The notes beneath the pieces were generated by a model. The model searched no databases. It saw only the letters and a program-made list of their open reading frames with translations, and was not told the origin of the DNA. The position numbers and the translations under genes were made by a program. 64,000 bases of DNA from Candidatus Babeliales bacterium. Lineage in GTDB: Bacteria; Babelota; Babeliae; Babelales; JACPOV01. Location of the stretch: NCBI GenBank assembly GCA_050250855.1, contig JBFWNW010000003.1, forward strand, positions 32,001-96,000, in the 5' to 3' direction. Below are positions 38,670 through 48,470 of the stretch, in pieces. The stretch's first letter is position 1. Each line of letters starts with the position of its first letter.

Positions 38670-39478
38670 TCGTTATTTTCCGGATGCTCTGGACAGTAAA
38701 ATATATATAATGCACCAGCATCACCCCATGAAAAGCCAGCTTCAGCTTGCAACTGAAACAATAAAGCCATGGGTTTACTACACATTAAACACTCAGGAGT
38801 ATCCATGTCGTTAAAAAAATTAGGAACACCTAAATATTTAGTGGCGTCACCATCATCATTAAAATCCGTCATGTTAAGCAATTCTTCACCAATTTTTTGA
38901 TAAAGATCTTCTTCTTGATCTGGACTCTCAGCAATCAGGTCAAGTACTAACGATGATGCTGCATCACAATCTTCGAGTCTCAAAAAAGATATGCTTTTAA
39001 TTAAATCTATTTTACTAGGAATAATATTAGCCCCTCCTGCATAAAAATCCGCATAAAAATCCGACATTTCGGGTTGATGCATCTCCTGCGCTTTATCCAA
39101 TGAAGGAGAATAATATTTTCTTAGACAATAGGTAGTATTCGGCTTATCATCAACACCCTTAAAACATTCCATAGGACATATAAAAAAAACATATAAACAA
39201 TTATTTTCAACATTTTTACCAAAATTATCAAGACCAGTATTATTACATTGAAATATAAAAGAAAGTGGTTCTTTACATGAAGTACAGAGAGGCCATGACT
39301 CACCCTCACTATAGGGTTTGCCCCCAAATTTTGAAACCGTAGTTAGTTTTGCCATATCTTCTGATGGTTGAACATCAAACTTAAATGATTTCTCTATACA
39401 AGCTGAAAAAATTTCTTTTAGTTCATCCATACTAAAAGAGCAATATTTTGTATTAATTTTAAGAGTATCAGTATTCAT
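38648..39478 (-). CDS. DUF1963/YwqG-like (PDCD2-like) protein with CxxC pairs
   Basis: SKFGGKPY...WPLCTSC...; LLFQL...FSWGDAGALYIFYC. Confidence 0.75.
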   Translation of the reverse strand: MNTDTLKINTKYCSFSMDELKEIFSACIEKSFKFDVQPSEDMAKLTTVSKFGGKPYSEGESWPLCTSCKEPLSFIFQCNNTGLDNFGKNVENNCLYVFFICPMECFKGVDDKPNTTYCLRKYYSPSLDKAQEMHQPEMSDFYADFYAGGANIIPSKIDLIKSISFLRLEDCDAASSLVLDLIAESPDQEEDLYQKIGEELLNMTDFNDDGDATKYLGVPNFFNDMDTPECLMCSKPMALLFQLQAEAGFSWGDAGALYIFYCPEHPENNECRGLTC

Positions 39479-39501
39479 AAATCCTCACAGTTTAAAAAAT
39501 A

Positions 39502-40314
39502 CTAAAAATTGTTATTAAACATATCAGTTAGCTTCTTTTTATATATTCTTTTTTTATAAGCATCATCCTCTTCTGGCAAAACTATTACCACTCGTGCATC
39601 AACATTCAGATAATGCACGCCATTGATAACCGTATAAAAATCTGCATGATGACAATGGCCATAAATATGAATCTTTGGCTTATAGCTATCAACAAGTTCA
39701 AATAATTCGGCATTACCAATCGATCGATTGCCTCTTTGATCAAAAACAGGAAGCGAAGGCGTTTCGTGCGTCATAAAAATATCAACTTCTTGCACAAGCA
39801 TTTTCTGCGCCCATTGCATATAATTTTCATGCGGCATTTTGTGCGGATGCACTTTACTTGAAATGGTACCGTGAACACCACCCAAAGAACCTACCAACGT
39901 TTGTATTACTTTGCCATGTTCTAACGCTGCATACTTTTCTTGTTTATTCTTCAGCGCCACGTGCTTATTTTCAGGATCTGGCAAATCATGGTTTCCCTGT
40001 ACAAAATAAAACTCTCGAGCTCGTTGTGCCAAAAATTCATAGGATGGCGTTGGGTTATCATCAGAGCCATAGATATTTTTACCTGCCATATCACCAGCCG
40101 TCAAAACAACAAACTGATCTAGATGTAAAAAGCTATCAAGCATTTCTACTACTAAAGGGGTGTGGCCATGCATATCACTCATAAGAAAAGTCGGATGCAA
40201 AAAAAGAGATGATTCAACCACGATAACTTTTTTTATATCATGGGGCTTGTAAGCAATACCTCTTTTATTTTTTGAGGGAGGAAAATGCCAAGAATATTCA
40301 TGTATAATACGCAT
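39502..40314 (-). CDS. Calcineurin-like metallophosphoesterase
   Basis: SDMHG, AGD, GNHD, THETP, GHCH metal-binding motifs. Confidence 0.9.
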   Translation of the reverse strand: MRIIHEYSWHFPPSKNKRGIAYKPHDIKKVIVVESSLFLHPTFLMSDMHGHTPLVVEMLDSFLHLDQFVVLTAGDMAGKNIYGSDDNPTPSYEFLAQRAREFYFVQGNHDLPDPENKHVALKNKQEKYAALEHGKVIQTLVGSLGGVHGTISSKVHPHKMPHENYMQWAQKMLVQEVDIFMTHETPSLPVFDQRGNRSIGNAELFELVDSYKPKIHIYGHCHHADFYTVINGVHYLNVDARVVIVLPEEDDAYKKRIYKKKLTDMFNNNF

Positions 40315-40389
40315 AATTTTTTATTTTCAGCTATTTTTGCAATAAATATTTTCTTTTAGAAATTAATAAAAAAATAACAATTTCGAGGG

Positions 40390-40418
40390 TCGACAAAATT
40401 ATCACATAATTGTATACT
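40390..40418 (+). promoter_or_regulatory. sigma70-type promoter of the 40466-49840 operon
   Basis: TCGACA-17 nt-TATACT. Confidence 0.55.
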
Positions 40419-40465
40419 TTATTGTATCGATAATTATTCATAAAACAAGCTCCTTAAGGATCTTT

Positions 40466-41977
40466 ATGTCTAAAAAACAAGCGCTAACATCCCGTCTTTT
40501 TGATGCCATGGTGGATAATGATATACCTAAAGTACAATCAATTCTTGCTCAAGGGGTTGCTATAAACCAAGGGGAACGGGACCAAACTCCTTTAATGTAT
40601 GCAGCTTATTGGGGCAAAACTGAAATAGTGAAGCTTCTTTTAGTGCATAATCCTGAGATTAATAAACAGGACGATTCTGGCTGCAACGCTTTACTTTTGG
40701 CATTAAAATCATTGTATAAGCAAGAGATCATAGAGATGCTTCTTGATGCAGGTGCTGACGTCAATATGCCGGATAAAGACGGCATGACCCCTTTTTTACA
40801 AGCTGCTTCTAGCTCTGATCTATCCCTGATTAAGCTCATGTTGAAAAAAGGTGCTCATGTGCACAGTCAAAGCAATGATGGCAAAACAGCTTTAATCTAT
40901 GCAGTTTCTCGCACACTCTACAACCCTGAAGATCAGGAAAAACAGGCACAATGCATCAAGCTTTTCTTGCAGCATGGCGTAGCAATAAACCACCAAGACA
41001 ACAAGGGAAAAAGCGCTTTTTTGACTGCCGTTGATTATGATAACCCAAAAGTAGTAGAAATTTTACTTGCTGCTGGCGCAGATGTTTCTCAAAAAAATGC
41101 TGAAGGAAAAACAGCACTCACACTGGCAAGCCTCTTTAATATGCATGAGATTGCAAAAATGTTAGTACAATATGGTGCTCCGCTTGAGACACTGTTGGAT
41201 GCAGTTGTCGTCAATGATTGCACCAAAGCAAAAGAGATGCTTGCCAAAAAGAAAAAAATCTCTCAAGCCGTTTTGCAAGATTATATACACAAAGCGGTAA
41301 AAAATGGTTTTTTAGAAATGGCAACATTACTTATCAACCATACTCCCGATTGTCTTACTGATAAAATTTTTGCACAAAAAACGCTATGGATTGCCATTGA
41401 TAATAATGATAGCGCTCTGGTGCAAAAACTTATTGCATTAGGAGTACCAGCAACCGTACAGGATGAATATAAAACAACGTCACTATTACATGCTCTTGCT
41501 GCAAATAGATACAACGAAAAAAATATTACTGATCTTATACATGTTTTGCTGAACGCTGGTGTGGATGTAAACAAACCAAACTATGAAGGATGGACTCCTT
41601 TAATGACCGCTGCTGAAAATGGCAATACTGAGCTTGTTACACTCCTCCTTGCACATGGCGCTACAGTTGATAAAAAAAATATGCATGCAAGTTCTCCTTT
41701 AATGCGTGCTGTTGGCAATGGCCATACCAACATAGCAAAAATTTTATTAGAAGCTGGTGCTGACATTAATCATAAAAATAGATATGGCGCTACGGCATTA
41801 ATACTTGCTTCTGGCTCGCGGGGCTCAAAAGAGTTGGTAGAACTCCTACTTGAATATAAAGCCCTCGTTGATACAAAAGACAAAGAAGGTAAAAACGCTT
41901 TGTATTATGCTCAAGCAAATAATAAGCTCGATATCGTAGCTCTTTTAAAAAATCATACTACAGAGAGTTCTTTATAA
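40466..41977 (+). CDS. Ankyrin repeat protein
   Basis: Multiple ankyrin repeats; no signal peptide. Confidence 0.92.
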   Translation: MSKKQALTSRLFDAMVDNDIPKVQSILAQGVAINQGERDQTPLMYAAYWGKTEIVKLLLVHNPEINKQDDSGCNALLLALKSLYKQEIIEMLLDAGADVNMPDKDGMTPFLQAASSSDLSLIKLMLKKGAHVHSQSNDGKTALIYAVSRTLYNPEDQEKQAQCIKLFLQHGVAINHQDNKGKSAFLTAVDYDNPKVVEILLAAGADVSQKNAEGKTALTLASLFNMHEIAKMLVQYGAPLETLLDAVVVNDCTKAKEMLAKKKKISQAVLQDYIHKAVKNGFLEMATLLINHTPDCLTDKIFAQKTLWIAIDNNDSALVQKLIALGVPATVQDEYKTTSLLHALAANRYNEKNITDLIHVLLNAGVDVNKPNYEGWTPLMTAAENGNTELVTLLLAHGATVDKKNMHASSPLMRAVGNGHTNIAKILLEAGADINHKNRYGATALILASGSRGSKELVELLLEYKALVDTKDKEGKNALYYAQANNKLDIVALLKNHTTESSL

Positions 41978-42711
41978 TGAATAAAAGAATCCTTGAAACA
42001 AAACAATTCTTCGATGCCATACAAGATGGTAACTATCAAATGGTAAACGATATGCTTGCGACTACTTCATTAGAAGAGAAAAATAAGGGTTTATTTTATG
42101 CTACCATAAAAGGAGATCTTGCTCTGGTAAAATTATTAGTAGAGCATGGTGCTCAAATAGCTGAATCTGAGAGTTTAGAGAAAGCGATAGAAAGCAATGA
42201 TGAAGCTATTGCTGCATATTTGCTTTCTCAAGAAAAGATTGATCTTAATATCCCTGATCGTCACTTTTCACCATTAATGCGTGCTGTTTGTAAAAATAAT
42301 GAAACCATGGCGCAGTTATTACTTGATCATAATGCTGACATAAATTATAAAAACAAAAACCAAAAAACTGCTCTTATGACTGCAGCAGGCTCATGCTGCT
42401 CACCCTATCGCGATAAAAAAGAATGCAATTATCAGGGCATCATAAAGTTACTCTTACGTGCTCAGCCAGCAATAAATATGGAAAATGAGGATGGAGAAAC
42501 TGCTTTGCATTATGCTGTAGAGAATAGGTGCTTCAATACCGTAAAACTTCTATTAGAAGCTGGTGCTGATAGCTCTTTAAAAGATAAGTGCCAACAAACA
42601 GCACTTGATAAAATACAAAAACAGATTCATGATTTTGCACAAAGAAAAGAAAAATTTACTGAGATACATACTATGTTAAACTCAAAAGCTTCTACGAATA
42701 ACCATGAATAA
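41977..42711 (+). CDS. Ankyrin repeat protein (paralog of 42704 and 45547)
   Basis: TKQFFDAI...EKNKGL...GAQIAES; Cys-flanked insert. Confidence 0.88.
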   Translation: MNKRILETKQFFDAIQDGNYQMVNDMLATTSLEEKNKGLFYATIKGDLALVKLLVEHGAQIAESESLEKAIESNDEAIAAYLLSQEKIDLNIPDRHFSPLMRAVCKNNETMAQLLLDHNADINYKNKNQKTALMTAAGSCCSPYRDKKECNYQGIIKLLLRAQPAINMENEDGETALHYAVENRCFNTVKLLLEAGADSSLKDKCQQTALDKIQKQIHDFAQRKEKFTEIHTMLNSKASTNNHE

Positions 42712-43441
42712 CCAAGAATCTGCAGAAACAAAAAAGTTTTTAGATGCAATAAAACAAGGGCAGTATCAAATGCTCAAAGATATGCTTGAACAGCAAAGTA
42801 TTTCTTTAGACGACAAAAATGAAGGTTTATTGGAAGCTGCAGAAAATGGCAATCTTGATATAGTACAATTATTGATAAAAAAAGGAGCACAAATTAATGA
42901 ATCCCATATCTTGGAATATGCCGTAAAAAAAGAATTTGAGCATGTTGTAGAATTTTTGCTCACCCAAGAAGGTGTCGATGTTGATAATCCAGACAATGAT
43001 AAATACTGGTCAAACTTAATGTTTGCTGCTTGGAATGGTAATCAAAAAATAGCACAATTATTGCTTGATCATGATGCTGATATACATCATGAAAATATCT
43101 TTGAACAAACCCCCTTGATATTTGCAGCACGAGAGTGCAAGCATAAAAAAAATAATTGTAATTATGACATCATGCAATCTCTCTTGCATCTTCTGCACAG
43201 TAACCTAGAAGAAATAAATAGGCAAGATTACTATGGGTATAGTGCCCTAGCTTATGCCATAGGACATGCCTGCACAAAAACAGTAAAACTCTTATTAGAG
43301 GCCGGAGCAGACCCTTTTCTAGAATATAGAGACGGCACAGCATTTGAACATACAAAAAAGGCGCTCCATTTTGTAGCAAAAGAACAGGAAAAATTAAATC
43401 AGATATATACTATGCTTGCAACGCATACCAAGGAACTATAA
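42704..43441 (+). CDS. Ankyrin repeat protein
   Basis: TKKFLDAIKQGQ...; close paralog of 45547. Confidence 0.88.
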   Translation: MNNQESAETKKFLDAIKQGQYQMLKDMLEQQSISLDDKNEGLLEAAENGNLDIVQLLIKKGAQINESHILEYAVKKEFEHVVEFLLTQEGVDVDNPDNDKYWSNLMFAAWNGNQKIAQLLLDHDADIHHENIFEQTPLIFAARECKHKKNNCNYDIMQSLLHLLHSNLEEINRQDYYGYSALAYAIGHACTKTVKLLLEAGADPFLEYRDGTAFEHTKKALHFVAKEQEKLNQIYTMLATHTKEL

Positions 43442-45534
43442 TGAAAAATATCCCTTACACGCTCGTCAAAAACTTATTCGAAGCTCTTGAGAATAATAAT
43501 CTTGAACTCGTAAAACAACTTCTTGATCAAGGCATTTCTTTGGAAATATTAAATAGCGATAATGAAACACCTCTCATTACTGCTGTACGATGCGGGCATA
43601 AAGAATTAGTTGAATTTTTAATTCATCGTGGCGCTTCCCTTAATAAACTGAGAGAGCCTCTTGATAAAAAACCAAGAGATCAAAAAACAGCTCTAATGCT
43701 TGCCTGTGAAAATAAGAGCGCTGATATTGCAGAGCTTCTTTTAAAAAACAATGCACCCGTAAATCAAACTAATGCTCGCGGGACAACAGCTCTTATGCTA
43801 GCAGCAGCACAAGCAAACGGTGAAGCTCTCATAAAACTCTTACTAGCTCATGGAGCATCTGTTAATAAAACTGATCTTAATGGTGCAACTGCTTTACATG
43901 AAGCAGCACAAGAAGGAAATACTCAGACACTTGAACTCCTTATAGAAGCCGGTGCAGAAATTGATGCTAAGGATTTGGAAGATTACACCGCTCTCCATCT
44001 TGCATGTGAGAAAGGACATAATGACGCCGCAGCGCTCCTAGTAGCCAAAGGCGCTGACGTTCATGTACGTAGCTACCGAAGAACAACGCCTCTTATAGAT
44101 GCTGCAAAACATCATGATACAACTATTCTCAGGCACCTGCTTGAGGCTGGAGCAGAGGTCAATGCCAATGAAGATGAAAGGTGCGAAACACCGTTAACGG
44201 TAGCGGTGACACAAAACAATATTGAAGCGGTAAAAATTCTACTTGAATATGGCGCTTTGGTGAATTACCCATCAAGAAGTAGCTATACACTTCTTATGCG
44301 AGCAGCAGAATCAATAAATGTCCAAACAGATATCATAGAATTACTTTTGCAAGCTGGTGCTGATATAAACAAACAAGAAACTTGGGATGGCAGAACTCCT
44401 CTTATGATAGCTGCTGCAAATGGAGCACTTGATACCGTAAAAATCCTGTTAAAACACAAAGCCGATATTCATATAGAAGATTATAACGGCAAAACAGCAT
44501 TGCATTATGCTGTTGAAAGTAGACTTGAAGATATGGTAACTATGTTGCTTGATGCAGGAAGTGCAATAAATCATCAGGATAATAAGGGCATTACCCCTTG
44601 GATACTGGCAGCAAACCACAATTTCTCTGCTCTTTTAAAACTATTACTTACAAAAAATGCACAAATCAGTCTTAAAACCTATAATGGCGAAAGTGCTCTT
44701 TTTACTCCCTGCATTAATGGCGCTATAGAAACGGTTAAACTTTTATTGGCTGCTGGTGCAGATCTTAATACTATTAGCAAAGATGGCATTCACTGTCTTT
44801 TATTAGCAGCAAAAAATAATTACCTTGACCTTGTGCAACTTTTGGTGGAGCAAGGTGCCAACATTTTTGAATCTGACAAAAGTAACAACACCGCTCTTGT
44901 TTATGCCAGCACAAATAATAATACTGCCATGGTAAATTTTTTACTAAATGCAGATACATCATCAAAAAAAGAAGCGCAGCTGGTACAAAAAGCATTTATA
45001 CGTGCTATTGAAAGAAATCATGCAGAAATCGTTAAACTTCTTACCCCTTATGTGGATCTTAATCTAGTTAATCATGATGACCCTTATTGTGATTCCTATG
45101 GCTATCAGTGGGACAAAACTGCTTTAATGATCTCCATTGAAAAAGGTTTTGAAATTACAAAAATTCTGGTAGAAGCTGGCTGTAACCTTGACATACAACA
45201 TGCTAGAACGAAAGAAACGGCTCTTATTCTAGCAGTAAAATCTGGTCGCCTGCCGAGTGTAAAACTTCTTATAAAAGCCGGCGCATCAGTAAATATTCAG
45301 GATAGCTATGGCTGCACTGCGCTTATGTATGCAGCAGAAAGCAACCGTATAGAAATGACAAAAATATTGCTTGAATCTGGTGCTGATGCAAACATTCACG
45401 ATAACGAGAATCATACCGCTTTAATGCATGCAGCTGAAAATGGTTATGAAGAAATACGGGAACTCTTAATTCCTGTCACAGCATCAGAAATAATGACCTG
45501 TAATAAAAAGTGTAAAGAATATAGTTCATTTTAA
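43441..45534 (+). CDS. Ankyrin repeat protein
   Basis: About 19-20 ankyrin repeats; TAATG coupling. Confidence 0.92.
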   Translation: MKNIPYTLVKNLFEALENNNLELVKQLLDQGISLEILNSDNETPLITAVRCGHKELVEFLIHRGASLNKLREPLDKKPRDQKTALMLACENKSADIAELLLKNNAPVNQTNARGTTALMLAAAQANGEALIKLLLAHGASVNKTDLNGATALHEAAQEGNTQTLELLIEAGAEIDAKDLEDYTALHLACEKGHNDAAALLVAKGADVHVRSYRRTTPLIDAAKHHDTTILRHLLEAGAEVNANEDERCETPLTVAVTQNNIEAVKILLEYGALVNYPSRSSYTLLMRAAESINVQTDIIELLLQAGADINKQETWDGRTPLMIAAANGALDTVKILLKHKADIHIEDYNGKTALHYAVESRLEDMVTMLLDAGSAINHQDNKGITPWILAANHNFSALLKLLLTKNAQISLKTYNGESALFTPCINGAIETVKLLLAAGADLNTISKDGIHCLLLAAKNNYLDLVQLLVEQGANIFESDKSNNTALVYASTNNNTAMVNFLLNADTSSKKEAQLVQKAFIRAIERNHAEIVKLLTPYVDLNLVNHDDPYCDSYGYQWDKTALMISIEKGFEITKILVEAGCNLDIQHARTKETALILAVKSGRLPSVKLLIKAGASVNIQDSYGCTALMYAAESNRIEMTKILLESGADANIHDNENHTALMHAAENGYEEIRELLIPVTASEIMTCNKKCKEYSSF

Positions 45535-45546
45535 AAAAGATATAGC

Positions 45547-46305
45547 ATGGATTACCAAAACCCAGTAACAAAAAAGTTTTTAGATGCAATAAAACAAGGG
45601 CAGTCTCAGGCTGTCAAAGATATCCTTGAACAGCAAAACATTTCTTTAAAAGAAAAAAACTGCGGGTTATTAGAAGCTGCAAGAAATGGCAATCTTGCTT
45701 TGGTAAAACTACTCATAAGCCAAGGAGCTCAGATTAATGAATCCTGTAGCCTGGAATATGCGGTAGAAAAAGAACATGAGCATGTTGTAAAATTTTTGCT
45801 CAGCCAAGAAGGTGTTGAAGTCGATTATCCAGATAATGATAAAGGCTGGTCAGCACTCATGTTTACGGCGTGGAATGGTAACGTAAACATAGCACAACTA
45901 TTGCTTGATCATGGCGCTGATATAGACCATGAAAATATATTTGAACAGACAGCCCTTATCCTTGCTGCAGAACGTTGCCCTTGCGGTGGATCTCGCTATA
46001 GAAGCGTTCCTGCAGATTGTTCGCACCAAGGTGTTATAAAAATTCTTTTACAAGCTCATTTTGCACTAAACAAGCAAGATCAATATGGGCAAACAGCTTT
46101 GCATTATGCAGTAGGAAATGCCTGCACCCAAACGGTAAAACTTTTATTAGATGCAGGCACTGATCCGGATATAAAAAATCATAAGGAACAAACAGCAATT
46201 GAAAAAACAAAAAACGCACTACGCTTTGTCGCGCAAGAACAGGAGAAATTAAATAAAATACATACCCTCTTAGAGCACTATAATGAATCAATCAAAAAAA
46301 CTTGA
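45547..46305 (+). CDS. Ankyrin repeat protein
   Basis: Paralog of 42704 with shared nucleotide runs. Confidence 0.88.
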   Translation: MDYQNPVTKKFLDAIKQGQSQAVKDILEQQNISLKEKNCGLLEAARNGNLALVKLLISQGAQINESCSLEYAVEKEHEHVVKFLLSQEGVEVDYPDNDKGWSALMFTAWNGNVNIAQLLLDHGADIDHENIFEQTALILAAERCPCGGSRYRSVPADCSHQGVIKILLQAHFALNKQDQYGQTALHYAVGNACTQTVKLLLDAGTDPDIKNHKEQTAIEKTKNALRFVAQEQEKLNKIHTLLEHYNESIKKT

Positions 46306-47485
46306 TCCAGAAATCTTACATAATATACTCAATCAACTATGCAGGGATATTGAAACCTGGCTTAATCCTAATCCTGATGGATCTTTTGCCTGCTCGTTTG
46401 ATTGCTGCATGGGAAATTCTGCATTTGACTTCGATGACGTACTCGAGGAACACCCTCAAGAATTTGCAGACGTTATTGGTATTACTGGTATTGCCATGCT
46501 CAAACAACTGAGAGCTACAGTCGACATTGTTATATGGTTTGATAATAATGATAGCAAAAAGCTTGCCCAAAACCCTGGCTGGCAAGAAATTTGTGCATTT
46601 GGTCAAAAAGTACACAAACATATCAAAGATTCATTAGAGGCCATTGAAACTAATACAAAAATTCTTAAAAAATATCCCCTCAGTTATACTGCCGAACTGA
46701 TGAATTTAGTAAAACAAATAGCCTCTGATAATAAAAATCCTAGCTCAAGGGATAGTGAAGGATCTCCCTTACATGGCCTTGAAGATTTTTTAACACGGTG
46801 CTGGTTTGTTTTACAAAACCCTGATGATTATAAAGGTATAACAGTAAGCGTTTATACGAACCTTGAAAATTTATATTTTTTAGTAAAAACGTATCATGAA
46901 AATCCACTTGAATCTGCTGACCGTTCAGCAAAAATAACGCAACGAGAAGGTTTTTTATCAAAATCTATCAGTCAATTAAAGTGGTATGAAATTACTCAAT
47001 GCGCGCAACAAGCATGGGACGCCTTTGAGCCAGATTCTAGAATTTTTGACCGAAACAAACTTATTAAACGATTGCAAGACCTTAATATTTATGTACGCCG
47101 TTGGGGAGCCGCTGGGCCAAGTGCTTTAGCGCAGCTTGAGCGCAATTTAGATCATACCTTCGATGATGAATCGCGCTCATTTATTGAAGAAATTGGTAAT
47201 CTTGATATTGGAGAATATCAAATCGAATTTACTCGTGATAAAGTTAAAGAAATACCTACTGCTCTAAAAAAAGTTCGCTCCGCAAATTCTTCTGACCATA
47301 TTTTAACCATTATGTATAAAAAATATGGTGATAGCACCTCTCAAGAAGACTGTTATTCTCTGCATGCTGATGGCACTATAAAACGTACACCATATCAAGA
47401 TCCATCACGCCAGAAAACATATTCTTCATTATCTGTCCTCATTGAAAGCATTATAGAAGAAGAGCTAACATCACAAAAAAAATAA
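46283..47485 (+). CDS. Multidomain protein with C-terminal SMI1/KNR4 (SUKH)-like domain
   Basis: GAAGPSALAQLERNLDHTFDDESRSFIEEIGNLDIG...CYSL...YSSLSVLI resembles SUKH; N-terminal domain shared with the C-terminus of 47493. Confidence 0.55.
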   Translation: MNQSKKLDPEILHNILNQLCRDIETWLNPNPDGSFACSFDCCMGNSAFDFDDVLEEHPQEFADVIGITGIAMLKQLRATVDIVIWFDNNDSKKLAQNPGWQEICAFGQKVHKHIKDSLEAIETNTKILKKYPLSYTAELMNLVKQIASDNKNPSSRDSEGSPLHGLEDFLTRCWFVLQNPDDYKGITVSVYTNLENLYFLVKTYHENPLESADRSAKITQREGFLSKSISQLKWYEITQCAQQAWDAFEPDSRIFDRNKLIKRLQDLNIYVRRWGAAGPSALAQLERNLDHTFDDESRSFIEEIGNLDIGEYQIEFTRDKVKEIPTALKKVRSANSSDHILTIMYKKYGDSTSQEDCYSLHADGTIKRTPYQDPSRQKTYSSLSVLIESIIEEELTSQKK

Positions 47486-47492
47486 AATCGCT

Positions 47493-48470
47493 ATGAATAA
47501 ATCTGCACACCATCTTTTTAATGCATTAGAAGAACGAGGTAATAAAAAACTCGTTCAAACATTACTCAATCAAGGCGTAGCACTTGAGCAAAAAAATGAC
47601 CGGGGGCAAACACCCTTGCTTTTTGCAGCAAGCAATCCTTATATAGATTACGAAATTATAAAACTCTTGCTCCAGCATGGTGCACCGGTAAACAGCACAA
47701 CCCCCGATGGTTGGACGCCATTACTTGAAGCTGTCACTGCGGGCAGAGACGGTATTGTAGAACTTCTTTTGCAATATGGTGCGGATGTCAATGTAATGAC
47801 GCATGATGGAACCGCACTCATTATAGCCACCATCTATTGTCACAAAGAAATTGCTGAACTTCTTATACAGCATGGTGCTCATATAAATAGCGCTATGCAT
47901 GATGGAACAACCGCACTGCTTATTGCAGCACAAGGCACACTGCCACCACGAGCATTCACGCATACAAGTTATGCTACACAACGAGCCTATGGCAAATATC
48001 ATGATTTAGAGCCTGAATATTATAAAGAAATGCTTGAACTCCTTCTGCTCTTAGGTGCTGATGGATCCCTACAAGATAATTCTGGTAAAACTGCATTTGA
48101 TTACATTACTATTAATCTTTTAGTCCTATTAGGCAGAACCATTAGCTGTTGGCTTAAGCCGGATTCTTCTTCTTTTTTTAATGATCATTTTACATACATA
48201 GAGGTTGTAAAACATTCATTTAAAAACGTTTTTGATCAACTATTTGAATACAGTGATAATCTGCAAAAAATCATAGGAACAGAGGAACTCAAAAGAATTA
48301 AACAGCTAAAATCACTAATAAAACAAATAAAAATAATTGATAAAAATATCAATACAACACTCAAAAAAAATCCTGATTGGCTTAACCTTTGTGATCTTGG
48401 GCAAGCTATAGAAAATCATATAGCAAAATATGACAAAACAAGTGAGTGTATTGTTATTCCTGAACTATGA
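47493..48470 (+). CDS. Ankyrin repeat protein with helical C-terminal domain
   Basis: N-terminal ankyrin repeats; C-terminal domain homologous to the N-terminus of 46283. Confidence 0.85.
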   Translation: MNKSAHHLFNALEERGNKKLVQTLLNQGVALEQKNDRGQTPLLFAASNPYIDYEIIKLLLQHGAPVNSTTPDGWTPLLEAVTAGRDGIVELLLQYGADVNVMTHDGTALIIATIYCHKEIAELLIQHGAHINSAMHDGTTALLIAAQGTLPPRAFTHTSYATQRAYGKYHDLEPEYYKEMLELLLLLGADGSLQDNSGKTAFDYITINLLVLLGRTISCWLKPDSSSFFNDHFTYIEVVKHSFKNVFDQLFEYSDNLQKIIGTEELKRIKQLKSLIKQIKIIDKNINTTLKKNPDWLNLCDLGQAIENHIAKYDKTSECIVIPEL

